Both the position numbers and the translations under genes were made by a program. Positions 1 through 9,950 of a stretch of DNA of 64,000 nucleotides are shown piece by piece. Positions within the stretch are counted from its first letter, which is position 1, and the number at the start of each line of letters is the position of its first letter. Origin of the DNA: Klebsiella phage KPP2018; sequence record NC_110934.1. One strand, 5' to 3'. Below the pieces are notes generated by a model. The model was not told the origin of the DNA. It searched no databases and saw only the letters and a list, made by a program, of their open reading frames with translations.

Positions 1-891
1 ATGAGTAGAATAACAGAACTACTTGATCTGAAAGGCATTGAATATAAAGACACAGGTGGGGACATCCTCATCTGTTGTCTCAATCCAGATCATGACGATA
101 AACACCCAAGTTTGCGTATTGATCCTGAAACAGGTATTATGCACTGCTTGAGTTGTGGCTTCGGTAAAGGTATACCGAGCATTTACCATTATTTTAATGA
201 GACTCAGTACCGACAGTCCCCAAGACTATCGCAGGTACGTAAAAAGATTTCAGAGATTAGGAATGGATCTACAAATCTTGCAATTCCTGAATCTGCTTAC
301 CTTTTCGAAGGTGATTTCCGAGGTATAAGTTCTAAGACCTTGAAGAAATATTTTGCTTTCCAACACCAAGCAGACTGGGAAGGCAGAATTGTATTCCCAA
401 TCACAGATGCTGTTGGACGCAATATCCTATTTTTGGGTCGTTCTATAAACAGTTCTGCCCCTCCTAAATACTTAGTAAAACCAAAACAAGTTTCACCACC
501 GATTTTCCCTGTACGATATAATACTCCAGTTCTTATTCTAGTTGAGGGTATCTTTGATATGCTGAACCTAGAGGATAATGGTATAGACTATGCTTCTTGC
601 TGCTTTGGTACACATCAGTTCACTTCAGATAACATTGCAGATAAGTTCAGTCCTTATATTATTGCTGGTGTAAAAGTTGTTGTTATCTTACTAGATAATG
701 ATGCTTCTGGTAATAAAGCTGCACAAGCATTGGCCAAGTTAATTCGTACAAAAACGCGTTTAACACCTGTAGTTGCTAACTTTCTTCTGCCCGAAGGCAA
801 AGATCCGGGTGATTTAAACAAAGATGAAATTGATATGTTAGCAAAACGTATTGAAATTTTAGTTGCTGAATCGCTTAAAGATTTGGTATAA
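1..891 (+). CDS. DNA primase (DnaG-like, CHC2 zinc finger + TOPRIM)
   Basis: N-terminal C-x2-H...C-x2-C zinc-binding pattern (CCLNPDHDD...HCLSCG). Acidic TOPRIM-like motifs (LVEGIFD, LDNDASG). Position upstream of the polymerase as in T5. ORF begins at window base 1, so it may be 5'-truncated by a few codons. Confidence 0.7.
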   Translation: MSRITELLDLKGIEYKDTGGDILICCLNPDHDDKHPSLRIDPETGIMHCLSCGFGKGIPSIYHYFNETQYRQSPRLSQVRKKISEIRNGSTNLAIPESAYLFEGDFRGISSKTLKKYFAFQHQADWEGRIVFPITDAVGRNILFLGRSINSSAPPKYLVKPKQVSPPIFPVRYNTPVLILVEGIFDMLNLEDNGIDYASCCFGTHQFTSDNIADKFSPYIIAGVKVVVILLDNDASGNKAAQALAKLIRTKTRLTPVVANFLLPEGKDPGDLNKDEIDMLAKRIEILVAESLKDLV

Positions 892-953
892 TATATTGGT
901 AAGTTAGAGAAGAAACACTGAAGTTATACTTACTTACCAAGAGGAGATTAAAT

Positions 954-3521
954 TTGAAAATCGCAGTAGTTGATAAAGCTCTAAATAACACTCGTTACGA
1001 TAAACATTTCCAGCTATACGGCGAGGAAGTTGATGTATTCCATATGTGTAACGAGAAGTTATCCGGTCGTTTGCTTAAAAAGCACATTACTATTGGAACA
1101 CCAGAAAACCCATTTGATCCGAATGATTACGATTTTGTTATACTAGTAGGTGCTGAACCTTTCCTGTATTTCGCAGGTAAGAAAGGCATTGGTGACTATA
1201 CTGGTAAACGTGTAGAGTATAATGGATATGCTAACTGGATTGCGAGTATCAGCCCAGCCCAGTTACACTTTAAGCCTGAAATGAAACCAGTTTTCGATGC
1301 AACAGTAGAAAATATCCACGATATTATCAATGGTCGTGAGAAGATTGCAAAAGCTGGTGATTACCGTCCTATTACTGACCCTGACGAGGCGGAAGAATAT
1401 ATCAAGATGGTGTATAATATGGTTATCGGACCTGTCGCATTCGACTCCGAAACCTCAGCACTATACTGTCGAGATGGTTATCTGCTTGGTGTTTCTATGT
1501 CTCACCAAGAGTATCAGGGTGTGTATATCGATTCTGATTGTCTCACAGAGGTTGCAGTATATTATCTCCAGAAAATTCTAGATAGTGAAAACCACACTAT
1601 TGTTTTTCACAACTTGAAGTTTGATATGCACTTTTATAAGTACCATCTGGGACTTACTTTTGATAAAGCACATAAAGAACGCAGGCTCCATGATACAATG
1701 TTGCAGCATTATGTTCTAGATGAGCGTCGTGGTACTCATGGCTTGAAATCTCTAGCAATGAAGTATACCGATATGGGTGACTATGACTTTGAACTAGATA
1801 AGTTCAAGGAGGATTACTGCAAAGCACATAAAATCAAGAAAGAAGATTTCACCTATGATTTAATTCCGTTTGATATTATGTGGCCTTACGCTGCGAAAGA
1901 TACTGATGCCACCCTACGTTTGCACAATTTCTTCTTACCAAAAATTGAGAAGAATGAAAAACTTTGCAGTCTATATTACGATGTTCTAATGCCTGGTTGT
2001 GTATTTCTCCAGCGTGTTGAGGATCGTGGTGTACCAATTTCTATTGATCGCTTGAAAGAAGCACAGTACCAGTTAACTCATAATCTGAATAAAGCTCGTG
2101 AAAAGCTGTATACTTATCCAGAAGTCGTTCAGCTAGAGAAAGATCAGAACGAAGCGTTTAACCCAAACTCTGTTAAACAACTCCGTGTTCTTCTGTTTGA
2201 TTATGTTGGGTTAACTCCAACAGGTAAATTGACGGATACTGGAGCAGACTCTACAGATGCAGAAGCTCTGAACGAATTGTCTACGCAGCATCCAATTGCT
2301 AAGACTCTACTAGAGATTCGTAAGCTGACTAAGCTGATCTCTACTTATGTTGAGAAGATTCTTCTGAGCATTGATGCTGATGGTTGCATTCGTACTGGCT
2401 TCCATGAACACATGACTACTTCTGGTCGTCTGAGTTCTTCTGGTAAACTGAACCTGCAACAGTTACCTCGTGATGAATCTATTATCAAGGGTTGTGTAGT
2501 AGCTCCTCCAGGGTATCGTGTAATCGCATGGGACTTAACAACTGCGGAAGTTTATTATGCTGCTGTTCTATCTGGTGATAGAAATATGCAACAAGTATTT
2601 ATCAACATGAGAAATGAACCTGATAAATACCCTGACTTCCACTCTAACATCGCACATATGGTATTTAAGCTACAATGCGAACCTCGTGATGTTAAAAAGT
2701 TATTCCCAGCTCTGCGTCAGGCTGCTAAGGCAATCACCTTCGGTATTTTGTATGGTTCTGGCCCAGCTAAAGTAGCTCATTCTGTTAACGAAGCTCTTCT
2801 GGAACAAGCTGCTAAGACAGGCGAACCGTTTGTTGAATGTACTGTTGCGGATGCTAAAGAGTACATTGAAACTTACTTCGGTCAGTTCCCGCAGCTTAAG
2901 CGTTGGATTGATAAGTGCCACGATCAGATCAAGAATCATGGATTTATCTATAGTCACTTTGGTCGTAAACGTCGTCTGCATAATATCCACTCCGAAGACC
3001 GTGGTGTTCAGGGTGAAGAAATCCGTTCTGGATTTAACGCAATCATTCAGTCTGCTTCTTCTGATAGTCTCCTTTTAGGGGCTGTAGATGCGGATAATGA
3101 GATCATTTCTCTTGGCCTAGAACAAGAGATGAAGATTGTTATGCTGGTTCACGACTCCGTAGTTGCTATTGTTCGTGAGGATTTGATCGACCAATACAAT
3201 GAAATCCTGATTCGTAATATTCAGAAAGACCGTGGTATCAGTATTCCTGGCTGTCCGATTGGTATTGATTCAGATTCTGAAGCTGGAGGTTCTCGTGACT
3301 ACTCTTGTGGTAAGATGAAGAAACAGCACCCATCAATCGCTTGTATTGATGATGATGAATATACTCGGTATGTCAAGGGTGTATTACTTGATGCAGAGTT
3401 CGAATATAAGAAACTAGCTGCAATGGATAAAGAGCATCCAGATCATAGCAAATACAAGGATGATAAGTTTATTGCTATATGTAAAGATTTGGATAACGTG
3501 AGAAGGATTCTCGGTGCTTGA
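954..3521 (+). CDS. DNA polymerase, family A, with 3'-5' exonuclease domain (T5-type, 855 aa)
   Basis: TTG start with upstream AGAGGAG RBS. Exo I motif FDSETSALY. Pol motif B RQAAKAITFGILYG and motif C LVHDS. Length equals the 855 aa of T5 DNA polymerase. Confidence 0.9.
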   Translation: MKIAVVDKALNNTRYDKHFQLYGEEVDVFHMCNEKLSGRLLKKHITIGTPENPFDPNDYDFVILVGAEPFLYFAGKKGIGDYTGKRVEYNGYANWIASISPAQLHFKPEMKPVFDATVENIHDIINGREKIAKAGDYRPITDPDEAEEYIKMVYNMVIGPVAFDSETSALYCRDGYLLGVSMSHQEYQGVYIDSDCLTEVAVYYLQKILDSENHTIVFHNLKFDMHFYKYHLGLTFDKAHKERRLHDTMLQHYVLDERRGTHGLKSLAMKYTDMGDYDFELDKFKEDYCKAHKIKKEDFTYDLIPFDIMWPYAAKDTDATLRLHNFFLPKIEKNEKLCSLYYDVLMPGCVFLQRVEDRGVPISIDRLKEAQYQLTHNLNKAREKLYTYPEVVQLEKDQNEAFNPNSVKQLRVLLFDYVGLTPTGKLTDTGADSTDAEALNELSTQHPIAKTLLEIRKLTKLISTYVEKILLSIDADGCIRTGFHEHMTTSGRLSSSGKLNLQQLPRDESIIKGCVVAPPGYRVIAWDLTTAEVYYAAVLSGDRNMQQVFINMRNEPDKYPDFHSNIAHMVFKLQCEPRDVKKLFPALRQAAKAITFGILYGSGPAKVAHSVNEALLEQAAKTGEPFVECTVADAKEYIETYFGQFPQLKRWIDKCHDQIKNHGFIYSHFGRKRRLHNIHSEDRGVQGEEIRSGFNAIIQSASSDSLLLGAVDADNEIISLGLEQEMKIVMLVHDSVVAIVREDLIDQYNEILIRNIQKDRGISIPGCPIGIDSDSEAGGSRDYSCGKMKKQHPSIACIDDDEYTRYVKGVLLDAEFEYKKLAAMDKEHPDHSKYKDDKFIAICKDLDNVRRILGA

Positions 3522-4011
3522 TTTCAAATTGCCCGTATATGCTTTACGGGCATTTGTATCAATTGAGCAAGAAGGTGATTATTCCGTAATTACAACAAGA
3601 TATAATAAATATGTGCTAGATAACAGGAAGTTGCCTGGCACGTTTTCTCAACGTAGACTTATTCTATTTGAGAAACGGAAAGAATTACCATACAAGCTCT
3701 ATCCTATTAGAGGTAGAATATCAATGTTGTCTCAACTAGTTGGATCAAAACGTAGCCAATTCATAGATTCTGATGGAAATCTTATTAATTGGAAGAAAAC
3801 TACGTTCTATGATGTTGTCACCTCTAAAGTTTTACATTCAGCTAGAATTTATAACGGAAAATACCAATGCTATGTAGCTAAAGTTCCATATCCATTTGTA
3901 TTATCCTATGTTCCAGCTTATATAAGCTATATTCTGGTAAATAATAGCCCTGTTATTTATCAAGTCCATCAAGAGGAGCCTGAAATTCCTAGACTTAGAA
4001 TAAAATTATGA
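3514..4011 (+). CDS. hypothetical protein (AT-rich insert between pol and helicase)
   Basis: 165-aa ORF translationally coupled at both ends (ATGA overlaps). Markedly more AT-rich than neighbouring genes. No recognisable motif. Confidence 0.45.
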   Translation: MLDFKLPVYALRAFVSIEQEGDYSVITTRYNKYVLDNRKLPGTFSQRRLILFEKRKELPYKLYPIRGRISMLSQLVGSKRSQFIDSDGNLINWKKTTFYDVVTSKVLHSARIYNGKYQCYVAKVPYPFVLSYVPAYISYILVNNSPVIYQVHQEEPEIPRLRIKL

Positions 4012-5360
4012 AGGTTGTTATATCTAATAAAGCCTATTTCAAGCCCGATGATGAACTTTGGGATTATTGTAGTAAGCAAACTACTTATCACATAGAGACA
4101 ATGACTAGTAAATACCCTATTATGTATAAGAATAGTGGTGTTGTTGCTAAAGAGATTAAGTGGATTCCTATTACGCGTCTGGATTTACTAGATGCTAAAG
4201 GAGTAAAATACGAATTAGTCGATAAACGCACATTAGCTCCGGTAGATATACCAAAACCTAAGTTCAAACTGCGTGAAGAAGACCAGCTCCCAATATATGA
4301 AGAGTGTGATGATACCTGTATTATTAATGGTAAGCCTGGGTTTGGTAAAACTATCTTAGCCCTTGCACTTGCGTATAAATTTGGACAGAAAACTCTGGTA
4401 ATATGTACGAATACATCCATTCGTGAAATGTGGGCGGCAGAAGTTCGTAAATGGTTTGGGTTTGAACCGGGTATCATAGGTTCTGGGAAATACAATATTG
4501 ATCCACCAATTGTGGTCAGTAATATTCAAACAGTGAATAAACATGCGAATAATCTGTCTAAAGTATTCGGTACTGTTATAGTTGATGAAGTTCACCATTG
4601 TGTGGCCACAACTTTCACTAACTTCCTAGAAATATCATGTGCTCGCTATAAGATTGGGCTATCTGGAACATTAAAACGTAAAGATGGTCTACAAGTTATG
4701 TTCAAAGATTTCTTTGGATATAAGATCTTTAGTCCTCCGGTTAATAATACTGTTGCACCTACAATCCATAGGTACTCCGTGCCTGTTGAGTTATCAGGAA
4801 ACCAAAATGTACCATGGGCATTACGTGCTAATGATGTGTACAACCATCCTGAATATCGAGAGACTATTATAAATCTAGCACATTTATACGTGAACATGGG
4901 ACATAAAGTACTCATTGTAAGTGATAGAACAGAGTTAATCCAAACAGTACTAGAAGCTCTAGCACAACGTGGTGTTACAACATATGAAATTATAGGGGCA
5001 ACCCACTTGGATGACCGATTAAAAATTCAGGAAGATATAGCAAAAGGTGGACCTTGTGTACTTGCAGCAGCTCAAAGTATCTTCTCTGAGGGTATTTCTC
5101 TTAATGAGTTGTCTTGTTTAATAATGGGAAGTCTTATTAATAATGAATCTCTCATTGAACAGCTTGCAGGTCGTGTTCAACGTATTGTCGATGGTAAACT
5201 CGACCCTATTGTTGTAGATCTAATTATGAAAGGCGGCACTGGACTAAGACAGGCTTCTGGACGTATGGCAGTATATCGTAACAACGGGTGGAAAACTATT
5301 ACTATGACTCCGGAGAAAGCAGTTCAATTAGCTAAAATTGCATTTGGCAACAGCTCATAA
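4008..5360 (+). CDS. SF2 DNA helicase (T5 D10-like)
   Basis: Walker A GKPGFGKT and DEVHH box (VIVDEVHHC). 450 aa. Position downstream of the polymerase. Confidence 0.8.
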   Translation: MKVVISNKAYFKPDDELWDYCSKQTTYHIETMTSKYPIMYKNSGVVAKEIKWIPITRLDLLDAKGVKYELVDKRTLAPVDIPKPKFKLREEDQLPIYEECDDTCIINGKPGFGKTILALALAYKFGQKTLVICTNTSIREMWAAEVRKWFGFEPGIIGSGKYNIDPPIVVSNIQTVNKHANNLSKVFGTVIVDEVHHCVATTFTNFLEISCARYKIGLSGTLKRKDGLQVMFKDFFGYKIFSPPVNNTVAPTIHRYSVPVELSGNQNVPWALRANDVYNHPEYRETIINLAHLYVNMGHKVLIVSDRTELIQTVLEALAQRGVTTYEIIGATHLDDRLKIQEDIAKGGPCVLAAAQSIFSEGISLNELSCLIMGSLINNESLIEQLAGRVQRIVDGKLDPIVVDLIMKGGTGLRQASGRMAVYRNNGWKTITMTPEKAVQLAKIAFGNSS

Positions 5361-5373
5361 ATGATGTATAATA
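5344..5373 (+). promoter_or_regulatory. sigma70-type promoter P1 (TTGGCA-17-TATAAT)
   Basis: -35 TTGGCA at 5344-5349, 17-bp spacer, -10 TATAAT at 5367-5372 immediately preceded by TG. Followed by the conserved leader ATATACATAAATT. Confidence 0.5.
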
Positions 5374-5443
5374 TATACATAAATTTGAGAGAGAAAGTTT
5401 CGGATTGATAAGAAAGTCCGAAGCAGAAAAATAAAAATTTTAG

Positions 5444-5473
5444 TTGCTAAATTCTCTCGAAATCTAGTATAAT
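5444..5473 (+). promoter_or_regulatory. sigma70-type promoter P2 (TTGCTA-18-TATAAT), duplicate of P1 unit
   Basis: -35 TTGCTA at 5444-5449, -10 TATAAT at 5468-5473. The -10 plus leader GTATAATATATACATAAATTYGAGRGAGAAA is repeated 101 bp downstream of the first copy. Confidence 0.55.
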
Positions 5474-5580
5474 ATATACATAAATTCGAGGAGAAAACAA
5501 AAATTAAATTCTTCGATTATGAAAAGCTATACTTACTAGCTAGAGGAAATTCCGACCTAATTATTAAGCTATTCAAGAGA

Positions 5581-5865
5581 ATGCTTACAGAGCCTGATGC
5601 TCACCAATTATTGGTCGGTTCCTCATTCATTTTGAATGAATCAACAATAGTTGATAATCCAAATAAATTGTCTAATAGACAACTGGCAGAATATCTAGGA
5701 ATTTTAAGTCTACGAAATTATGCCGAATACAAGTTTACAAACGATCCTAGTTTGGACATACAATATGTTCCAGTATGGATACCACGTTTAGTAATCGACA
5801 CTAACCCACTAATCGCAATTAACAAATCGAAATTAATCTTTAAAGAGGAAATAAAATATGGCTAA
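5581..5865 (+). CDS. hypothetical protein
   Basis: 94-aa ORF ending with an ATGG overlap into the next gene. No motif recognised. Confidence 0.4.
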   Translation: MLTEPDAHQLLVGSSFILNESTIVDNPNKLSNRQLAEYLGILSLRNYAEYKFTNDPSLDIQYVPVWIPRLVIDTNPLIAINKSKLIFKEEIKYG

Positions 5866-6631
5866 GTCTTGGGGCGAAACTACTGGCGGTTCTAACGATA
5901 AAATCGAATTCCTGAAGTTCAACAACGGTATCACTCGTGTTCGTATCGTTTCTGGTGTTCTTCCACGTTATGTCTATTGGCTGACTAATAAAGAAGGTAA
6001 TGTAGCTCCTTTCGAATGTCTCCGTTTTAACCGTGACAAAGAGAGCTTTGTTCGCGGTAAAGCTGATCCGGTTCATGAGATGGGCTTCTTCGAGAAAGAG
6101 CTGGATAAAGATGGTAATCGTGTTCCGCTGAAACCGAAGAAAAACTATATCGCTTTTGTTATCGACCGCTCTGATAACAAACTGAAAGTAATGGAAGTCA
6201 AGGCTACTATTCTGAAAGGCATCCAGTCTATCATGAAGCAGTTGAATCTGGCAACTCCGTTTGATATTGATATTTCTATCGAGAAAAAAGGTAAAGGTTT
6301 CGATACTGAGTATGATGTACAGCAGATTGCTGCTATGCAGTTCCAGATTAAGCTGCAAGATCCTAACAGTGCAGAATCTAAGCAATATGCTGCAGATGTA
6401 GATCTGATCGGTGAAGCTATGTGTGATGAAGATGGCGACATCATTAAGTTCGAAAAAGTTCCTTCTCTGGAACAAACTTATCCGGTTCCTACCTATGAAG
6501 AGCAGAAAGAAGCAATTCAAGCCTTCATGGAGGGTCGTGAGAATAAAGATGATGATGCCAAATCTGGTAATAGCAATGCAGGCTCCCAGAAAGGTATTGA
6601 CACAGAAGCTGCAAGCGATCTGGACGACTAA
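5858..6631 (+). CDS. ssDNA-binding protein-like (acidic C-terminal tail)
   Basis: RBS AAAGAGGAAATAAAATATG. 257 aa with acidic C-terminus ...EAASDLDD, typical of SSB tails. Sits in the replication module and is followed by a strong terminator. Confidence 0.5.
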   Translation: MAKSWGETTGGSNDKIEFLKFNNGITRVRIVSGVLPRYVYWLTNKEGNVAPFECLRFNRDKESFVRGKADPVHEMGFFEKELDKDGNRVPLKPKKNYIAFVIDRSDNKLKVMEVKATILKGIQSIMKQLNLATPFDIDISIEKKGKGFDTEYDVQQIAAMQFQIKLQDPNSAESKQYAADVDLIGEAMCDEDGDIIKFEKVPSLEQTYPVPTYEEQKEAIQAFMEGRENKDDDAKSGNSNAGSQKGIDTEAASDLDD

Positions 6632-6637
6632 TAAATA

Positions 6638-6662
6638 GAGGGGCTTCGGCCCCTTTCTTTTT
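6638..6662 (+). terminator. rho-independent terminator
   Basis: GGGGC-TTCG-GCCCC hairpin followed by TTTCTTTTT. Confidence 0.8.
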
Positions 6663-6667
6663 AACCA

Positions 6668-7645
6668 ATGAGAATATTATTTAGTGCTGATCATCATATC
6701 AAACTAGGACAAGATAAAGTTCCAAAGGAATGGCAGAAGCGTCGCTTCCTGATGCTGGGAGAACGGTTAAATGATATATTCCATAATCATAACTGTGATC
6801 TTCATATTGCTGGTGGTGATATACTTGATGTTGCCGACCCGTCGTCAGAAGAAATAGAACTGCTTGAACAGTTCATGTCAAGACTTGACCATCCAGGCAA
6901 AATCTTTACTGGAAATCATGAAATGTTAACAAAAACCATTTCATGCCTATATCATTATGCAGGAGTTATTAATAAAGTAACGAGTGGTAAGTGGGAAGTA
7001 ATTACTAAACCATATCGTTCCCCTGAATTTGATATTGTTCCGTATGATGAGATCCATAAATCTAAGTGGAAACCATCTGAATCAAAACTATGTTTCACGC
7101 ATGTTCGTGGTGAAATCCCTCCACATGTAAAACCAGAAATTGATCTAACTAAGTACAACTGTTATGATACTGTAATTGCTGGCGATTTACATTCTTATAC
7201 TAATAGCCAGACTATCGGATCTACTAGACTCCTCTACCCAGGGTCTCCATTAACTACATCGTTCCATAGAGAACGCACAAAAGGTACAAATGGTTGCTTT
7301 ATCATTGATACCGACACATTAAAAGTAGAATGGATTGAATTAGGGGATTTACCACAACTGATTCGTAAAACAATCGGAGCTGGTGAAGAGATGGAACCTA
7401 GTGATTATGATCGTGTAGTCTATGAAGTTACTGGTGACGTTGTTCAATTAAAGTCTATCAAAAACTCTGATTTATTAGATAAGAAGATTAACCATCGAGT
7501 TACTAAAGACGCTAAGTTAAATCTTGTTGATCTTGATATGTTAGGTGAACTTGAACTTTACTTCCGTGAAGTCGAGAAGCTATCTCAAGGCGACATTGAT
7601 AGAATCTTGGCTAGAGCTGCGAAATATGTCAAAGATTACAATTAA
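6668..7645 (+). CDS. SbcD/Mre11-like nuclease (T5 D12-like)
   Basis: Calcineurin-like phosphoesterase motifs: ILFSADHH, AGGDILD, GNHE. Confidence 0.8.
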   Translation: MRILFSADHHIKLGQDKVPKEWQKRRFLMLGERLNDIFHNHNCDLHIAGGDILDVADPSSEEIELLEQFMSRLDHPGKIFTGNHEMLTKTISCLYHYAGVINKVTSGKWEVITKPYRSPEFDIVPYDEIHKSKWKPSESKLCFTHVRGEIPPHVKPEIDLTKYNCYDTVIAGDLHSYTNSQTIGSTRLLYPGSPLTTSFHRERTKGTNGCFIIDTDTLKVEWIELGDLPQLIRKTIGAGEEMEPSDYDRVVYEVTGDVVQLKSIKNSDLLDKKINHRVTKDAKLNLVDLDMLGELELYFREVEKLSQGDIDRILARAAKYVKDYN

Positions 7646-9464
7646 GACACTAAAATTTAGTAACGTTATGTCTTACGGTAAGGACATCGTAATTCATTTC
7701 GATAAGAATCCAGTTACTCAACTGATTGGTGGCAATGGGCTGGGGAAATCCACCATCGCTACTGTTATTGAAGAACTCTTCTATAATAAGAACTCACGTG
7801 GTATTAAGAAGGATGCTCTGTTCTCTTGGTCTTCTCCGAAAAAAGAGTATGATATGCACGCTTACTTCTCGAAAGATGAAGATGAGTACGAACTGCATAA
7901 AGTAGTTAAGTCAACTGCTAAAGTAACTCTTATTAAGAATGGAGAAGATATTAGTGGACACACGGCAACCCAAACATACAAGATGATTGAAGAGATTATG
8001 GGAGGTGACTTCCAAACGTTCACCAAACTAATCTATCAATCAGTGGGTTCAAATCTAGACTTTCTAAAAGCAACAGATGCGACACGTAAGGCTTTTCTTG
8101 TTAACTTGTTCAATCAAGAACAGTACAAAGAAATGTCGGAAACTATTAAGGCTGACCGTAAAGAAATAGCAAATACCTTAAATAATTTGCAGGGCCAAAT
8201 GGCTGTAATTACTAAAATCCTTAATGGAAAGAATAATCTGGGAACTTTGCAGGAACCTGTAGAAGTGCCTGAGTTTGATGAAGAACCATTAGCACAAGAA
8301 CTTACTGAATCGAAAATTAAGGCGGCATTAGCCAAGTCTCAAGAGGCTAATATTACTAAATTGCGTAATTTGGACAAAGCTGTACAAGTTGCCGAACAAT
8401 CTTTCGAGCCTTTCAAAAATTTGCCTGCGCCCACTGACCAAAACGAAGAGATCTCAAGTGTTACGCGTGACCTAACGATTGTGACCTCACGTGCGGGCGA
8501 AGTTAAGAAACGTTATCAGAAGTTCAAGCAAGAGGCTTCAAATACTGAATGTCCTACTTGTGGTACTCATCTGGATACAACTGCTGCTCAAAAAGCAATG
8601 GATATGGCTAGAACAGAATATGATCCTCTGTTCAAAGAGAAGCAATCTCTTGAAACCAAGCTAGAACAGCTGAAGAAAGAACAACTTGGGTACACTACGT
8701 ATATTAGAGCAAAGGATGCTTTGGATAAAGCAGTAGCAGCTAGAGACGAGTTCAAAAATTCAATGAGTGATGCTTCTTTTGAAGAACTCAATGTGCAAAA
8801 CCTACAGGTGCAAATCCGACAATTAGAACAGGAAATCGCTGATGGCCGTTCTAAGGTTGCAATTGCCAAAGAGCATAATGCAAATGTCGAATTAGCCAAT
8901 GCAAAATATAAAGCGAAACTAGAACAGATTGAGAAAGCTGAGGCAGAAATGTCTGAGATTACTTCCAAACTGGATGAGGTATCAGAAGCTGTTGCTGATC
9001 TCGATATTCTGATCGCTGCATTAAAGAATCTGGTAGGATATAAGCTAGAGCATAGTGTGAAAGTATTTGAAGAGCTTATCAATAAATACCTTTCCATTAT
9101 GACTGGTGGTAAGTTCGCACTTGGATTTGAACTTGATGAAACAAAATTACAAGTAGTAATCTTCAATGATGGAAATCGTACCAGTATGGAGAACTGCTCT
9201 ACTGGTCAACAAAGTCGAATCAACCTAGCAACTCTGTTAGCTATTCGAATGCTACTAACATCTATTAGTAAAGTTAATATTAATTTACTATTCCTTGATG
9301 AAGTAATTAGCTTTATTGATACTAAAGGACTTGATACTCTCGTTGAACTATTAAATGAGGAAGAAAGTCTAAATTCTATCATTGTTTCTCATGGGCATAC
9401 GCATCCATTGGCTCATAAGATTACTGTCAAAAAAGATGCAGAAGGATTTTCCTACTTAGAATAA
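7626..9464 (+). CDS. SbcC/Rad50-like ATPase (T5 D13-like)
   Basis: Chosen ATG at 7626 (MSKITIKTLKF...) overlaps the end of the upstream nuclease gene; the tracked 7545 start lies deep inside that gene. Walker A GGNGLGKST, long coiled coils, CPTCG zinc hook, signature STGQQSRINLA, Walker B LLFLDEV. Confidence 0.8.
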   Translation: MSKITIKTLKFSNVMSYGKDIVIHFDKNPVTQLIGGNGLGKSTIATVIEELFYNKNSRGIKKDALFSWSSPKKEYDMHAYFSKDEDEYELHKVVKSTAKVTLIKNGEDISGHTATQTYKMIEEIMGGDFQTFTKLIYQSVGSNLDFLKATDATRKAFLVNLFNQEQYKEMSETIKADRKEIANTLNNLQGQMAVITKILNGKNNLGTLQEPVEVPEFDEEPLAQELTESKIKAALAKSQEANITKLRNLDKAVQVAEQSFEPFKNLPAPTDQNEEISSVTRDLTIVTSRAGEVKKRYQKFKQEASNTECPTCGTHLDTTAAQKAMDMARTEYDPLFKEKQSLETKLEQLKKEQLGYTTYIRAKDALDKAVAARDEFKNSMSDASFEELNVQNLQVQIRQLEQEIADGRSKVAIAKEHNANVELANAKYKAKLEQIEKAEAEMSEITSKLDEVSEAVADLDILIAALKNLVGYKLEHSVKVFEELINKYLSIMTGGKFALGFELDETKLQVVIFNDGNRTSMENCSTGQQSRINLATLLAIRMLLTSISKVNINLLFLDEVISFIDTKGLDTLVELLNEEESLNSIIVSHGHTHPLAHKITVKKDAEGFSYLE

Positions 9465-9467
9465 AAC

Positions 9468-9950
9468 ATGGCCGTAGATAGTAGAGAGAAAGGTAAACGT
9501 GGTGAGTATCAGGTAAGAGATATTTTACGTGAACGTACAGGTCTTGAGTGGGAACGTGTCCCTGGCTCTGGTGCTTTTGGCCAGAGCCACGGACTGAAAG
9601 GTGACATCTACCTTCCACCACAAAGCGGACACATTAGTAAATACTGCTTCGAAGTTAAGTGGTATAAAGATGATAATATATCAAGTAATTTATTTAATGT
9701 TGGTGAATCCACTCTAGAGAAGTGGTGGCAGCAGTGCTCACGTGAAGGGGAGCAAATGAACTCCAAACCTGCATTAATATTCAAAAAAGACAGAGGACAG
9801 TGGTTAATAGCTTTGGATAGCTCAGACCCGATGGTTGACAACTTAATGAGTCGTACCCATATGGTGTTAAATAAGAAAGACATGGAAATCGTAATTGGTT
9901 TATTTGAGCCGTGGCTACATCATGCATCTGTTGAGGACTTAATTAAATAA
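9468..9950 (+). CDS. Holliday-junction resolvase-like PD-(D/E)xK nuclease (Hjc-like)
   Basis: KGKRGEYQVRDILRERTGLEWERVPGSG...GDIYL...FEVK resembles the Hjc G-x-ERE...SG...D...E-x-K pattern. Located after the SbcCD pair. Confidence 0.5.
   Translation: MAVDSREKGKRGEYQVRDILRERTGLEWERVPGSGAFGQSHGLKGDIYLPPQSGHISKYCFEVKWYKDDNISSNLFNVGESTLEKWWQQCSREGEQMNSKPALIFKKDRGQWLIALDSSDPMVDNLMSRTHMVLNKKDMEIVIGLFEPWLHHASVEDLIK

Noticed and set aside
1330-1581. Numerous short ORFs embedded in or antisense to large genes (e.g. 1330-1581, 2700-2990, 8588-9166, 12454-12882, 21578-21907, 31551-32255, 42530-42806)
   Set aside because: They lie inside well-supported long genes, lack RBSs and have low-complexity translations. 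Treated as frame noise.
7545-7625. Tracked 639-aa start of the SbcC-like gene
   Set aside because: It would overlap the SbcD-like gene by 100 nt. The ATG at 7626 (MSKITIK...) gives a normal short overlap.
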